A stretch of DNA of 58,933 nucleotides, filler included. It is 7 parts of 7 records of this genome, joined end to end, with 100 filler letters (N's around TTAATTAATTAA, not from the genome) between each part and the next. Parts side by side here need not be neighbours in the genome. Positions count along the whole stretch, not along the records: positions 26,112 to 33,131 come from SRR31156797_49659; positions 33,232 to 41,127 come from SRR31156797_49664; 5 more parts are not named here. One strand, written 5' to 3'. The position numbers were made by a program, and so were the translations under genes. This document shows, piece after piece, positions 28,409 through 39,175 of this stretch. Each line of letters begins with the position of its first letter. Position 1 is the first letter of the stretch. A model generated the notes under the pieces. The model saw nothing but the letters and a program-made list of their open reading frames with translations. It was not told the DNA's origin and made no database searches.

Positions 28409-29314
28409 TCAAGGATGCTTTTTAATTGTCTTTGCATAGAGTGAAAGCTCTTTATTTGTCAGGTGGTCTCTCCATTTTTCATCATGCTTATGAATAACAC
28501 CATTAAATTTGTGTCGAATATCATTGCCGACGATATGAAAACGCTTTTTATCAGAGAAGTCTAAAACTGGGTCAGGGGCTATTCCTATAAAATAATAAAG
28601 TTGCTTAAGCACTTTTTCAGGAGTCTCGCATAAATCTTCCAACCGCAATTTAAAAACATTTTCCTTTGATATATAGCCGTTTTCAATGGTTCTTTGCAAA
28701 TTTCGATTCGCCCATACCCATGCTTCTATCGCTGATCTTGGTGTGTACACTTTTTCCTTTGTTAACAGAGAGCACATTACTGCTCTGCCGTCCCTTTTTA
28801 GATCAATCACTTTCAATCTGATCCCTGGATGTCGTGCTAAGAATTTAATCTGAAGCGGATTTTTAGTCGTATCAAGAAAGTTTTTGGTCCCTTCTTTCTG
28901 GCACAACAGTTTGGCCAGCGCGATTGATTTTTCGATTTTTTTATTGATCTCTTTGTCTTTTTGCGGATGTGTTAAATGAAAAAAACAATCTCTGATTCTA
29001 TTTACACCTCTATTTTTGAATAAATAATAAAAGGCCGAATCTATCAAGTTTCCGTGCCGTGGAGCAACATTTATGCCTAAGTTCCCAAGGTCAAAATTCA
29101 ATCCAATTTCATTTGCGAGCAATGCCCATTCTTTCCAAAAATTGCATTCATAATAAAATTGTCCACAAGAACATCTTCCAATTTGGGAAAAATCAGTTCC
29201 AAACTCCCCTACAGTTGAAATTTCAGGATGTGCACCCAGAAGGCATGCTAATAAAGTGGACCCGCTGTGTGGGGCCGAGGTTAGATAAATGTAATTTAGT
29301 TTTTTCCCATTCAT
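28409..29314 (-). CDS. Sulfotransferase
   Basis: PAPS-binding SAPHSGSTLL, RDGRAV..S and RLEDLCETP; likely ATG at 29314. Confidence 0.9.
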   Translation of the reverse strand: MNGKKLNYIYLTSAPHSGSTLLACLLGAHPEISTVGEFGTDFSQIGRCSCGQFYYECNFWKEWALLANEIGLNFDLGNLGINVAPRHGNLIDSAFYYLFKNRGVNRIRDCFFHLTHPQKDKEINKKIEKSIALAKLLCQKEGTKNFLDTTKNPLQIKFLARHPGIRLKVIDLKRDGRAVMCSLLTKEKVYTPRSAIEAWVWANRNLQRTIENGYISKENVFKLRLEDLCETPEKVLKQLYYFIGIAPDPVLDFSDKKRFHIVGNDIRHKFNGVIHKHDEKWRDHLTNKELSLYAKTIKKHP

Positions 29315-29443
29315 GTCTTTTTCCGCTTTATATAAAGCTATAGTCAACGCTTAGACAAAAGTTTCCATATTTGTTGAGACCAAGATAAAGCAAATATAGG
29401 TCTGCCCGTAACGGTTCTATAAAAACTTTCAGTTCAGCACTAT

Positions 29444-30628
29444 TTATAAAATTTTTTCGAATGCTCTAATTTTATTTTCCCAAGAATTTTTCCTTGCCCA
29501 CATCCTTGCATTCTTTCCCATTTCCAATTTTTTTTTAGAATTTTTGATAAGCATTTCCAGACGATGGTATAACTCATCAATGGACCGACCATCGACCACA
29601 TATCCAGTTTCGCCGTCAATGACCGCTTCGGGTTGCCCCCCGTTATTTCCAGAGATTGAGGGGATACCTGCTGCTGCTGCTTCCAAAAAGACGATGCCAA
29701 ATCCCTCTATCATTGGTCCAACCTGGATGGAGGCCATAACATGGATATCGCAGGAGGCAAAAGCTAAGCGTTTATCCATATCATCCATTACCCCCTCAAA
29801 AATAACGTAATTTTTAAGATCCAGGTTTTTAGCCATTTGCTTTAATCGACCTTCCTCGTCACCTGTCCCGCCGATAACATATTTTACTGGATAGCCATTT
29901 TGAATTAATTTTGAAATTACTTTTAAAATCGTGTGATGGTTTTTCCTTTTCTCAAGCCTGGCGACACTGAAAACAACAATATCATCGTTTAAAGCGCCCC
30001 AAACTTCACGCTTTTTTTCTATTACTTGTTGCTCGAAACAATAACCCTGATAATCGATTCCTGGGGTAAGCACTTCAATTTTTGAGTGGCCAAAACAGCG
30101 CCCAATAATTTTTTGAGTTGATGTACTATTAGCAATAATCACATCAGAAACCCAAAGAGCAATCTTGGTCAGCACTTTCAGTTCAACGCTACTTAGCCCT
30201 ACGAAATACTCTTCGCCATGGGCAAAGCATACAATTTTTACCTTTTTTCCAAAGACCAGCTTCAGTGGTAGAAGACAGGCGGCCTCGGGAACCGCCTTTA
30301 AGCAATATATTATGTTTTGCCGGTCTTTTTCTACTTCAGTCCATATTGACTTCAGCATCCTATAGTATGCAGCAACCTGACTAAGAGAGCATATCCCCCA
30401 ATTTTGCAGTCCAAAATCAATACGGGATATCAATAAATTACCGGTCTTGTGACTGCTGTCAAAATCAGACTGTTCTTTTTTTTCGTCATCAGAATCCATA
30501 TAAGTTCGGGCTATAATCTGCACAGGAATTCCTGAACGACGAAATAATTCATACAACCAGAGATGCGCCCCACCAAGCTTGGGGAAAAACATACTCGTAA
30601 GAACAATGTGCTTGGGTCGTCGCTTCAT
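29444..30628 (-). CDS. Glycosyltransferase family 4 (PimB-like)
   Basis: FFPKLGG, HGEE, VARLEKRKNH, EGFGIVFLEAAAAG and GETGYVV. Confidence 0.92.
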   Translation of the reverse strand: MKRRPKHIVLTSMFFPKLGGAHLWLYELFRRSGIPVQIIARTYMDSDDEKKEQSDFDSSHKTGNLLISRIDFGLQNWGICSLSQVAAYYRMLKSIWTEVEKDRQNIIYCLKAVPEAACLLPLKLVFGKKVKIVCFAHGEEYFVGLSSVELKVLTKIALWVSDVIIANSTSTQKIIGRCFGHSKIEVLTPGIDYQGYCFEQQVIEKKREVWGALNDDIVVFSVARLEKRKNHHTILKVISKLIQNGYPVKYVIGGTGDEEGRLKQMAKNLDLKNYVIFEGVMDDMDKRLAFASCDIHVMASIQVGPMIEGFGIVFLEAAAAGIPSISGNNGGQPEAVIDGETGYVVDGRSIDELYHRLEMLIKNSKKKLEMGKNARMWARKNSWENKIRAFEKIL

Positions 30629-30647
30629 AGCCGCTCAACCAATTCCA

Positions 30648-32267
30648 TTAAATGCCTCCCTCACATAGAAACCTCTCCAACTCCATGGCACTTTCAAACC
30701 GATCTTCCGGCCGCAAGCTTGTACATCTCAAAAGTATCGGTAAAACATTTTTCTCTTTAAACTGAGGATTCAGGTTCCCCGTCCGTCCCAAATGCCACTT
30801 GCCTTTTTGTTTTTCCAATTGATCCATTGATTCAATATCGCCATGAATATAAGTAAGCAGTGCCGAGCCAACTGCATATATATCTGATTGGAAATTTGGA
30901 ACCCCACCCTTCATGACTTCAGGAGGGATGGTTTCAAGAAAACGTACAGCGAATTTTTCCCTGATGGTATAATCGGCTCGATCATCTATTTTATTGCTGA
31001 ACATTGCGATTAGCTCATTTTTTGAAAGAGGAAGTGTCTTTATTTCCGGTATTTCTACCCCAAACCAGGCCAACGGTATATCCTCATCTATTGTATCAAT
31101 AAAAATATTCTCTACTCTGATTTTATTGTGAACAACTCCTTTGCGGTGAAAGCGGCTTAATTGGCTTGTAAGTGCTTTTAAAATCCGGGTAGCCGAATAT
31201 TTCTCGTAGGGATTGCCTGACATTTTCTTATATTCCCGCAGGGAGGGCAAAAACTGCCAATTGAAATTAAGTACAGTCACGTCTCCTTTCAGATTTTTAC
31301 ATATTTTCTCTAAACGAAACCGCATGTTCCTGTCTGCCTGAGCGACTTGTTTCACTCGTTTGGCGAAGGCTTTTTGATGCCACCCCATTTGCTGGGAATC
31401 ATTAAATAGGCAAAACGCCACCCGGTCTCCAGAGGTCACACTCCCTTCATACACCATTTCAGCGCCCCACCTGATGGGAAAGACATCAGAAATCCGGTTC
31501 CGGCGTATCAGGATAGAACTGATTTTATTTGCCCAGTCCAGCAGTTGCTGTTTAAGTCCTCGGTGTTTGATATTAGGATTGTCCAAAAAGTCCTCGGCAG
31601 TTGTGGTATTGTCTTTAGAATAAGCCCCTAATTCACCAATATTTTGAACATAGCTTGGTTTCAAACATATCACCGGAAATCCGAAAATCCTCATCCAATG
31701 GGAAAAAACCGTATCGTATGCAATCCCCTGGTCCTCAAAACCGCCTATTTTCTCGTATATAAATTTTGGCACAAGCCAGTTGAGTGCAGGCTGTTTGTAT
31801 TTCAGCAAACAAGAAATATCATCAAACAAAGGAACTATCTTAAACGCACTTCTATAAGGCATGTTGAGTGCTGAAAAAACGCCCTCAATGCCTTTTTCTT
31901 CCATTTGGCGTTTTGCTTTTAAAAGTATTTTAAGCCAGTATTTGCTATAAATAACATCGTCATCACAGTTGATGTAGAAAGGGGCGTCGGGATATTCTTT
32001 CTCAATAATTTTATATACAGCAACCTGGGCGCCGTTTGGTCCAAGATTCGACTTGCCCCATATAACCCTCACTCTATCATGACGGGCTTCAAAATTTTTC
32101 AAAAAATTAATAAGATCGACTGAGGTAGATGCATCATCATATATAACAATTTCAACCCAATCGGGCAGCCAACTTTTCATAAGGCTTGGTAGGCTGGATG
32201 TAATATATTGGATGTCATAATCAAAATCACCAGCCCAGGTTTTAATGACGAGCGGTATTTTTTTCAT
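30648..32267 (-). CDS. GT2-like glycosyltransferase fused to a Ser/Thr-kinase-like (pseudokinase) domain
   Basis: N-terminal IVIYDDAS and INCDDDVIY (GT-A fold). C-terminal HRKGVVHNKIRVENIFI, WFG, IPPEV, SDIYAVG and RPEDRF. Confidence 0.75.
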   Translation of the reverse strand: MKKIPLVIKTWAGDFDYDIQYITSSLPSLMKSWLPDWVEIVIYDDASTSVDLINFLKNFEARHDRVRVIWGKSNLGPNGAQVAVYKIIEKEYPDAPFYINCDDDVIYSKYWLKILLKAKRQMEEKGIEGVFSALNMPYRSAFKIVPLFDDISCLLKYKQPALNWLVPKFIYEKIGGFEDQGIAYDTVFSHWMRIFGFPVICLKPSYVQNIGELGAYSKDNTTTAEDFLDNPNIKHRGLKQQLLDWANKISSILIRRNRISDVFPIRWGAEMVYEGSVTSGDRVAFCLFNDSQQMGWHQKAFAKRVKQVAQADRNMRFRLEKICKNLKGDVTVLNFNWQFLPSLREYKKMSGNPYEKYSATRILKALTSQLSRFHRKGVVHNKIRVENIFIDTIDEDIPLAWFGVEIPEIKTLPLSKNELIAMFSNKIDDRADYTIREKFAVRFLETIPPEVMKGGVPNFQSDIYAVGSALLTYIHGDIESMDQLEKQKGKWHLGRTGNLNPQFKEKNVLPILLRCTSLRPEDRFESAMELERFLCEGGI

Positions 32268-32354
32268 CTTCTTTTATGTATCTTCCCTATATTTAAACAG
32301 GTAAGCATCGAACAATTATACCTAACTTAAAATGAAAAGTATCTAATTTCAAAT

Positions 32355-32963
32355 TTATTTTTTAGGTTGAAGAATATACCTGATCTGCCTAGCATGGATG
32401 AGGGTCGAAAAATAGGACTCATATAAATCCTGCCAGTAGATATTCCGGTTGAATAGTTTAGAGGCAACAGGATTTAAAATTTTATCAAAGAATCTTTTAT
32501 TAAAATACTCAATGGTAATCTTTTTAATGATAAACCTGATGTCTGAATAAAAATTTGGCGTTTGGCGAACAGACGGCTGATTCTCAATTGATACAAAATA
32601 ATAGAAACTATACAAACCAAAAAATCGTTTATGCGTTGGATCTGAATATCCGTAATGATTTGAAAAATGTGGAACAACTATGTCTATTATACCATCGGGC
32701 TTTGTAATTCTATATATTTCCTGCATAAGCGGTAGAAAGTTATGAATATGTTCGAAAACATGATTACTATAAATATAATCAATCGTATCGTCTTTTATAA
32801 GGGATAGTGGTTCCTCCAAGTCGGCTACAATATCAACACCGTCCAATTTCTTGATATCAAGGGAATAGAATCCAGGTCGTTTGAGAGTTCCGCTCCCCAA
32901 ATTCAGATAGATGGCATTTTGACTTTCCATATCGTTAAGGAAAGCATGGTTTCTAATCTCCAT
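32355..32963 (-). CDS. Class I SAM-dependent methyltransferase (type 11)
   Basis: LNLGSG, HVFEHI, EIYRITKPDG and DPTH. Confidence 0.85.
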   Translation of the reverse strand: MEIRNHAFLNDMESQNAIYLNLGSGTLKRPGFYSLDIKKLDGVDIVADLEEPLSLIKDDTIDYIYSNHVFEHIHNFLPLMQEIYRITKPDGIIDIVVPHFSNHYGYSDPTHKRFFGLYSFYYFVSIENQPSVRQTPNFYSDIRFIIKKITIEYFNKRFFDKILNPVASKLFNRNIYWQDLYESYFSTLIHARQIRYILQPKK

Positions 32964-33131
32964 TTTTTACCCCGCAGATGATAAAATAATTTTTAAGGCG
33001 CTCGCTCCTTGACCCGACACATTATATCAAATGGCTAAATATTCAGTAGTGCCGATAACAAAATGAAAGCCAAAAGAAGGCTTGCTCATTGATGGAAATT
33101 CTTTTCATTCCCCTGGAATAAGGTTTTGAAT

Positions 33132-33231
33132 NNNNNNNNNNNNNNNNNNNNNNNNNNNNNNNNNNNNNNNNNNNNTTAATTAATTAANNNNNNNNNNNNN
33201 NNNNNNNNNNNNNNNNNNNNNNNNNNNNNNN
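33132..33231. other. Artificial contig spacer
   Basis: N44-TTAATTAATTAA-N44. Confidence 0.98.
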
Positions 33232-33232
33232 A

Positions 33233-33454
33233 ATTTTAGGACATACAAGATTAGTTGTAGTATTAATTGCCTCTGGTATTTTAATGTATAACCATAGAAA
33301 AAAGAGTAAATCAGTAGCCAAATTCTTTAAAGAAAGAGAAGCAAATTTAGATAAATTAATCAATGCAAATTTAACTGACGAAAAGATGAAAAGAGCTTTA
33401 CAAGAAGTTGTAGATAATCTAAAAAAAGAAATTAACGACGCATTAGAGGGATAA
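33233..33454 (+). CDS. C-terminal fragment of an upstream gene (possibly an ankyrin-repeat protein)
   Basis: Open frame ILGHTRLVVVLIASG...EINDALEG* ending 6 nt before glmU. LGH..V..LI..G resembles an ankyrin repeat. Confidence 0.5.
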   Translation: MLGHTRLVVVLIASGILMYNHRKKSKSVAKFFKEREANLDKLINANLTDEKMKRALQEVVDNLKKEINDALEG

Positions 33455-33460
33455 TAATAA

Positions 33461-34765
33461 ATGTCAAATAAATCAATTATAATTTTAGCAGCTGGAGCTG
33501 GAACTAGAATGAAATCAACAACACCAAAGGTTTTACATAAAATCTCTGGTAAACCTATGTTATATTATTCGATAAAAGAAGCTTTAACAATTAGTGATGA
33601 TGTGACAGTTGTACTTTACCACCAAGCACAAAGAGTTCAAGAAGAGATGGAAAAGTATTTTACAAATATTAATTTTGTAATTCAAGACCACGAAAACTAT
33701 CCAGGTACTGGTGGGGCAGTTATGAATATAACTCCTAAGTATGAACAAACACTAGTTTTAAATGGAGATATGCCTTTAATTCAAGCTAGCGAATTAGAAA
33801 AATTTGATATAGATGCAATTATTGTTATGTCAGTACTTGAACTAGAAGATGCAAATGGATATGGTAGAGTTGTAATTGAAAATGATAATGTTCAAAAAAT
33901 AGTTGAACAAAAAGATGCAAATGAAGCTGAACTTAAAATTACAACAGCAAATGCTGGAATTTACCAATTTGATACGAAATTTTTATTAGAAAACTTACCA
34001 AAACTTTCAAACGATAATGCTCAAAAAGAGTACTATATTACTGATTTAATAGAAATGGCAATCTCTCAAGGAAAAGTTTTAAAACCAATTGTAGTAAGTG
34101 AAGAGAACTTTAAAGGGGTTAACTCTAAAGTTGAACTAGCTGATGCCGAAGTAATTCACCAAAATAGAATCAAAAAAGCTTTTATGGCTGAGGGTGTGAT
34201 TATGAGACTACCTGATACTATTTATATAGAAGAGGGTGTTCAAATTGAAGGTGAGTCTATCTTAGAAAATGGAGTTACTCTTTTAGGAAACTCTAAAATA
34301 GTTAATTGTCATATTAAAACAAATACAGTAATCGAAGACTCTATTTTAGTAGATTCTGATGCTGGACCAATGGCAAGAATTAGACCAGGAAGTGAACTTG
34401 ATTCAACTCATATTGGAAACTTTGTAGAGACAAAAAAAGCAAAATTAAATGGTGTAAAAGCAGGACACTTAGCATATCTTGGTGATTGTGAAATTGATGA
34501 GGGTACAAATATTGGTTGTGGAACAATTACTTGTAATTATGATGGAATCAATAAGTATAAAACAATCATAGGGAAAAATGTATTTGTAGGAAGTGATACA
34601 CAATTTGTAGCTCCAATAACAGTTGAAGATGATGTTCTTATTGGTGCAGGAAGTACTGTAACAAGTGATTTAAAAAAAGGACAACTTTATACAACTAGAG
34701 CTAAAAAAAGAGTTGTTGAGGGGTACTTTTATAAACATTTTAATCAAGAAAAGATAGAAAAGTAG
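33461..34765 (+). CDS. glmU: Bifunctional GlmU
   Basis: LAAGAGTRMKS..PKVLH, GYGRVV, EYYITD, GNFVETK, HLAYLGD and TCNYDG. Confidence 0.97.
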   Translation: MSNKSIIILAAGAGTRMKSTTPKVLHKISGKPMLYYSIKEALTISDDVTVVLYHQAQRVQEEMEKYFTNINFVIQDHENYPGTGGAVMNITPKYEQTLVLNGDMPLIQASELEKFDIDAIIVMSVLELEDANGYGRVVIENDNVQKIVEQKDANEAELKITTANAGIYQFDTKFLLENLPKLSNDNAQKEYYITDLIEMAISQGKVLKPIVVSEENFKGVNSKVELADAEVIHQNRIKKAFMAEGVIMRLPDTIYIEEGVQIEGESILENGVTLLGNSKIVNCHIKTNTVIEDSILVDSDAGPMARIRPGSELDSTHIGNFVETKKAKLNGVKAGHLAYLGDCEIDEGTNIGCGTITCNYDGINKYKTIIGKNVFVGSDTQFVAPITVEDDVLIGAGSTVTSDLKKGQLYTTRAKKRVVEGYFYKHFNQEKIEK

Positions 34766-34769
34766 AGCC

Positions 34770-36008
34770 ATGCTTTTAAAAAATAAAAACATTTTACTTT
34801 GCATTACAGGTTCTATTGCTGTATATAAAGCTTTAGAGTTAGTAAGGCTTTATATAAAAAGTGGTGCAAATGTAAAAGTTCTTATGACTGAAGCTTCTCA
34901 AAGATTTGTAACAAAACTATCTTTTGAAGCAATCTCTCAAAACAAAGTTTTAGATGAATCTTCTGAGTCATGGGAGAAAAATCAAGATTATAATCATATT
35001 GATATTGGAAAGTGGGCTGATATTTTAGTAGTAGCTCCTTGTAGTGCAAATACAATAAATAAATTAGCAAATGGAATTGCAGATAATCTATTAACACAAA
35101 CTGTTTTAGCATATAAGGGCAAAAAAGTTATAGCCCCAGCAGCAAATACAAATATGATTGAAAATCAAATTACAGTAAAAAGCATAAAAAAGCTAAAAAA
35201 ACTAGGGCTTGAGCTTATAAATTCACAAGTAAAAGAACTAGCTTGTAAAGATGTGGGAAATGGAGCTTTAGCAGAACCTGAAACTATTTTTTATAAAACA
35301 GTAAGAGAACTTTTAAAAGAAAAGTATTGGCAAAGTAGATCTGTTGTTTTAAGTGGTGGTGGAACTGTTGAAAAGATTGATGATGTAAGATATATTTCAA
35401 ACTATTCATCTGGAAAAATGGCTTCTTCATTAGCCCTTGCTTTATATTTAAAGGGTGCAGATGTAAATCTAGTTAGCACAAGAGGCCATGAAAACTTAGA
35501 AAGTTCTCTTCCTGAGATTAATACTCTTACGGTTCAAAGCTCATACCAAATGTATGAAGATTTAGAAATCTTAATAAAAAAAGCAAAAAAAACTAGTGAA
35601 AAAGCTAAAAAACCATATCTTTTTATGGTAGCAGCAGTAAGTGATTATGTACCAAGTGAAGACTTTGATGGTAAACTAAAAAAAGAGATGGTAGGACAAG
35701 CTTGGAACTTGAAGCTAAAACAAAATATTGATATCTTAAACTCTTTAGATAAAAAAGCTTTAATTTCAATTGGCTTTAAAGCAGAGATGGATGAAGTTGT
35801 AGCAAATGAGAATGCAACAAAAATGCTTGAAAAGAAAAACCTTGATGCTGTGTGCTTAAATATATTAAAAGATAAAAACTCTTTTGGAACAAGTGATAAT
35901 GCAATAGAGCTTATATTTGAGAATGAAAGCTTCTCTTTTGAAGGTCAAAAAGATGAAATCTCATTTGATATAATAGAGAAGTTAGCCCAAAAGTTTGCCA
36001 ATGAGTAA
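34770..36008 (+). CDS. coaBC: Phosphopantothenoylcysteine decarboxylase/ligase
   Basis: TGSIAVYK, APAANTNM, LACKDVGNG, DDVRYISNYSSGKM, AAVSDY and GFKAE. Confidence 0.96.
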   Translation: MLLKNKNILLCITGSIAVYKALELVRLYIKSGANVKVLMTEASQRFVTKLSFEAISQNKVLDESSESWEKNQDYNHIDIGKWADILVVAPCSANTINKLANGIADNLLTQTVLAYKGKKVIAPAANTNMIENQITVKSIKKLKKLGLELINSQVKELACKDVGNGALAEPETIFYKTVRELLKEKYWQSRSVVLSGGGTVEKIDDVRYISNYSSGKMASSLALALYLKGADVNLVSTRGHENLESSLPEINTLTVQSSYQMYEDLEILIKKAKKTSEKAKKPYLFMVAAVSDYVPSEDFDGKLKKEMVGQAWNLKLKQNIDILNSLDKKALISIGFKAEMDEVVANENATKMLEKKNLDAVCLNILKDKNSFGTSDNAIELIFENESFSFEGQKDEISFDIIEKLAQKFANE

Positions 36009-36693
36009 AACAAAAAAACAAAATCCTGTACATATTGCTATGATAATGGATGGTAATGGTAGATGGGCAGAAGAGAAAGGCTTAAAAAGAACAGCTGGAC
36101 ATGAAGAAGGTGCAAAAACAGTTAGAAGAATAACTAAGCATTGTTCAGAACTTGGAGTAAAATATTTAACTCTTTATGCTTTTTCCACTGAAAATTGGGC
36201 CAGACCAAAACTTGAAGTTGAATTTTTAATGAAGCTTTTAGAGAAGTATTTAAAAAGTGAACTTCAAGTTTATTTAGAAAATTCTATTAGATTTAAAGCA
36301 ATTGGAGACTTATCAAAGTTTTCAAAATCTTTACAAAAGATTATTAAGCAAACAGAAGAAAAAACGGCAAATGGAAAAAATCTTACTCAAGTTTTAGCCC
36401 TAAATTATGGTTCTCAAGATGAAATCTTAAGAGCAATAAAGAAGTTAAATGAAAAGCAATTAGAAGTTACAAAAGAGAATTTTGAATCTTGCCTTGATAC
36501 AGCTAATATTCCAGATGTGGATATGTTAATTCGTACAAGTGGTGAAATTAGATTATCTAACTACCTTCTTTGGCAAAATGCCTATGCTGAACTATTTTTT
36601 ACAAATACATATTGGCCAGAGTTTTCAACGTCAGAATTAGATGATATGGTAAGTGATTTTGTAAATAGAGAACGAAGATTTGGAGCTATTTAG
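36001..36693 (+). CDS. uppS: Undecaprenyl diphosphate synthase
   Basis: HIAMIMDGNGRWA, FSTENW, RTSGEIRLSN and RRFG. Confidence 0.96.
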   Translation: MSKTKKQNPVHIAMIMDGNGRWAEEKGLKRTAGHEEGAKTVRRITKHCSELGVKYLTLYAFSTENWARPKLEVEFLMKLLEKYLKSELQVYLENSIRFKAIGDLSKFSKSLQKIIKQTEEKTANGKNLTQVLALNYGSQDEILRAIKKLNEKQLEVTKENFESCLDTANIPDVDMLIRTSGEIRLSNYLLWQNAYAELFFTNTYWPEFSTSELDDMVSDFVNRERRFGAI

Positions 36694-37438
36694 TTTTATA
36701 ATTGGAGCTATATTTGGCTCTTTTTTAAATGTTCTTATATTAAGGTTACCACAAGGACAATCCTTACTTACAAGAAGTACTTGCCCAAACTGTAATGAAA
36801 AAATTGCTTGGTATAATAATATTCCTATAATATCTTTTTTAATTTTGAAAGCTAAAAGTTCATGTTGTAATAAAAAAATATCTTTTCAGTATTTTATTGT
36901 TGAAGTTTTAGCTGCATTAGTGACTTTTGCTCTTTTTATAAAATTTGATTTTACTTTAGAGCTATTTTTCTCTGCTATCTTTTTTTATACATTAATTGTT
37001 TTATCTTTTATAGATTTTAAATACAAAGCAGTTCCTGATTACTTATTAATTATCTTATTTGTTTTTTCTTTTTTTATAAAAGAGGGTAGTTTCATTGATG
37101 CTTTAAAAGCTGCCTGTATTTTAAGTGGAGCTTTTGTTTTATTAAATTTTTTAGTGACTTTTTATATTCAAAATATAAAAGCAAGACTTTTTAAAGATGA
37201 TTCATTAAAAACACAAGAGGCATTAGGAGAAGGAGATATTCCTGTGATTGCTAGTTTTGCAATCATTCTTGGAACTTTAGGTTCCTTTGTTGCTATATTT
37301 TTTGCTTCAATTTTTGCTATAATAGCAAGTTTATATTATAGGTACAAAAATAAAGAGTTAGAAATACCATTTATACCATTTTTATCATTAGGCTTTTTAT
37401 TTGAATACTTTTTTGAGATTACAAAGGTTATTTTTTGA
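36680..37438 (+). CDS. Prepilin peptidase (A24)
   Basis: GSFLNV, CPNC, FID, LGEGD and IPFIPFL. Confidence 0.9.
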   Translation: MELFSFIIGAIFGSFLNVLILRLPQGQSLLTRSTCPNCNEKIAWYNNIPIISFLILKAKSSCCNKKISFQYFIVEVLAALVTFALFIKFDFTLELFFSAIFFYTLIVLSFIDFKYKAVPDYLLIILFVFSFFIKEGSFIDALKAACILSGAFVLLNFLVTFYIQNIKARLFKDDSLKTQEALGEGDIPVIASFAIILGTLGSFVAIFFASIFAIIASLYYRYKNKELEIPFIPFLSLGFLFEYFFEITKVIF

Positions 37439-38451
37439 AATTAAAACACTATTTACTTAATCAATTTGCACATACTTTTTTACCTATCTTTTTAGGTCTT
37501 TATTTTATTACATCAATTATTTTCTTAGTAAAAATTGCTGCTTTAACATCAGTAATTACAATGAATGTATTAGAGCTTCTAAGACTGTATATGTATGTTA
37601 TTCCAACAATTATTTTTTATACTCTTCCTATATCATTTTTTGTTTCTTTAGTTATTACTCTAGGAAAACTGTCAAGTGAGTATGAACTTATTGTTATTAC
37701 TTCCTTTGGACTAAATCCATTGAGAATTTTAAGAATATTTTTACCAATAACATTAATTCTATCTATTTCTTTAATATTTGTCTCTGTTGGTCTTATTCCT
37801 AAAGCAAAGTTTTTAAATGAAAGGTTTTTAGACCAAAAACAAAAAGAAGCAAACTTTAATATCAAAGCTTCAGAGTTTGGGCAGAAATTTGGTAACTGGT
37901 TAATTTATATTGATGAAAAAAATGATAAAACATATAAAGAAGTAAAACTATTTAAAACTGAAAACAATAAAGACCAATTTATTATTTCAAAAAGTGCGAA
38001 GCTTGTAAATGAAGAGGGTGAACTTAGTTTTAAACTTTATAATGGAAAATCATTTTTAATTGATCAAGAAGAGTTAAATCAAATTGATTATAAAAGGCTT
38101 GATATTAATGATTCAGTTTCAAAAAACAATCAAAGTTTTTTTACTGATAGTTATAGTTTCTGGGTTAAAGAACTTAATGCAAATGAGCAAGAAGATAAGT
38201 TCTCTTTTTATATTTTAACTTCTCTTTTCCCTTTAATGTCACTATTTCTAGTTGTTGCCTTTGGATATTTCAATCCAAGGTATGATAAGAATAAAGCTGT
38301 ATCTTATGCAATGGTTTCTGTTGTAGTTTTTTATATTCTTTTAGAACTTTTAACAGATAAATTTTTATTAAATTCACTATTTATATTACCAGTAATTTGG
38401 ATTATAGGTACGTATTTAGTATATACAAGAACAGTAAAACAACAATATTAA
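37435..38451 (+). CDS. LptF/LptG family permease
   Basis: KLSSEYELIVITSFG; three TM helices, a periplasmic domain, then three TM helices. Confidence 0.85.
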   Translation: MKLKHYLLNQFAHTFLPIFLGLYFITSIIFLVKIAALTSVITMNVLELLRLYMYVIPTIIFYTLPISFFVSLVITLGKLSSEYELIVITSFGLNPLRILRIFLPITLILSISLIFVSVGLIPKAKFLNERFLDQKQKEANFNIKASEFGQKFGNWLIYIDEKNDKTYKEVKLFKTENNKDQFIISKSAKLVNEEGELSFKLYNGKSFLIDQEELNQIDYKRLDINDSVSKNNQSFFTDSYSFWVKELNANEQEDKFSFYILTSLFPLMSLFLVVAFGYFNPRYDKNKAVSYAMVSVVVFYILLELLTDKFLLNSLFILPVIWIIGTYLVYTRTVKQQY

Positions 38452-38452
38452 A

Positions 38453-39175
38453 ATGAATGCGAAATTTGTAATATCCTATGATGGAACAAAGTTTCAAGGA
38501 AGTCAAACTCAACCAAATGGCTTAAGTGTAGAAGATGCACTACTAAAAGCTTTTAAGCAAATAAATATAGAAACAAAAATTGTTCTTAGTGGTAGAACGG
38601 ATAAAGATGTTCATGCTACAGGACAAGTTTTTAATTGTATTATTCCTTCTTTTTGGTTTGATTTAAAAAAGCTAAAAAAAGTACTTAATCATCAGCTTCC
38701 TTCTTCTATTTCTATAAAATCTATTCATCAAATAAGTGAAGAGTTTCACTCAAGATTTCATGCTAGAAAAAGAGTTTACAGATATTTAGTTACAACAAAA
38801 AAACCTACAGTTTTTAGTGCTGATTATATCTCTTACCATAAAAATATTGATGAAAAAAAAATAAAAGAGGCTATCAAACTTTTTGAAGGAGTTCATGATT
38901 TTGAGTATTTCCATAAAAAAGGAAGTGATAAAGATAATACAGTAAGAGAAGTATTTTCTACAAAGTTTTATAAGTATAAAGATATTTATGTTTTTAACTT
39001 TTGTGCAAACTCTTATTTAAGGTCTCAAATTAGACTTATGGTTGGCATACTTCTTAAAATATCTGATGGGAAACTCACCCTTGAAGATTTAAAAAAACAA
39101 CTTGATAAAAAACAACACAAGTTTAAAACTCCTGCTAGTCCATATGGTCTTTATCTTGCAAAGGTATACTACTAA
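38453..39175 (+). CDS. truA: tRNA pseudouridine(38-40) synthase
   Basis: SYDGT.FQG.Q, SGRTDKDVHA, FHSRFHA and GLYL. Confidence 0.96.
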   Translation: MNAKFVISYDGTKFQGSQTQPNGLSVEDALLKAFKQINIETKIVLSGRTDKDVHATGQVFNCIIPSFWFDLKKLKKVLNHQLPSSISIKSIHQISEEFHSRFHARKRVYRYLVTTKKPTVFSADYISYHKNIDEKKIKEAIKLFEGVHDFEYFHKKGSDKDNTVREVFSTKFYKYKDIYVFNFCANSYLRSQIRLMVGILLKISDGKLTLEDLKKQLDKKQHKFKTPASPYGLYLAKVYY

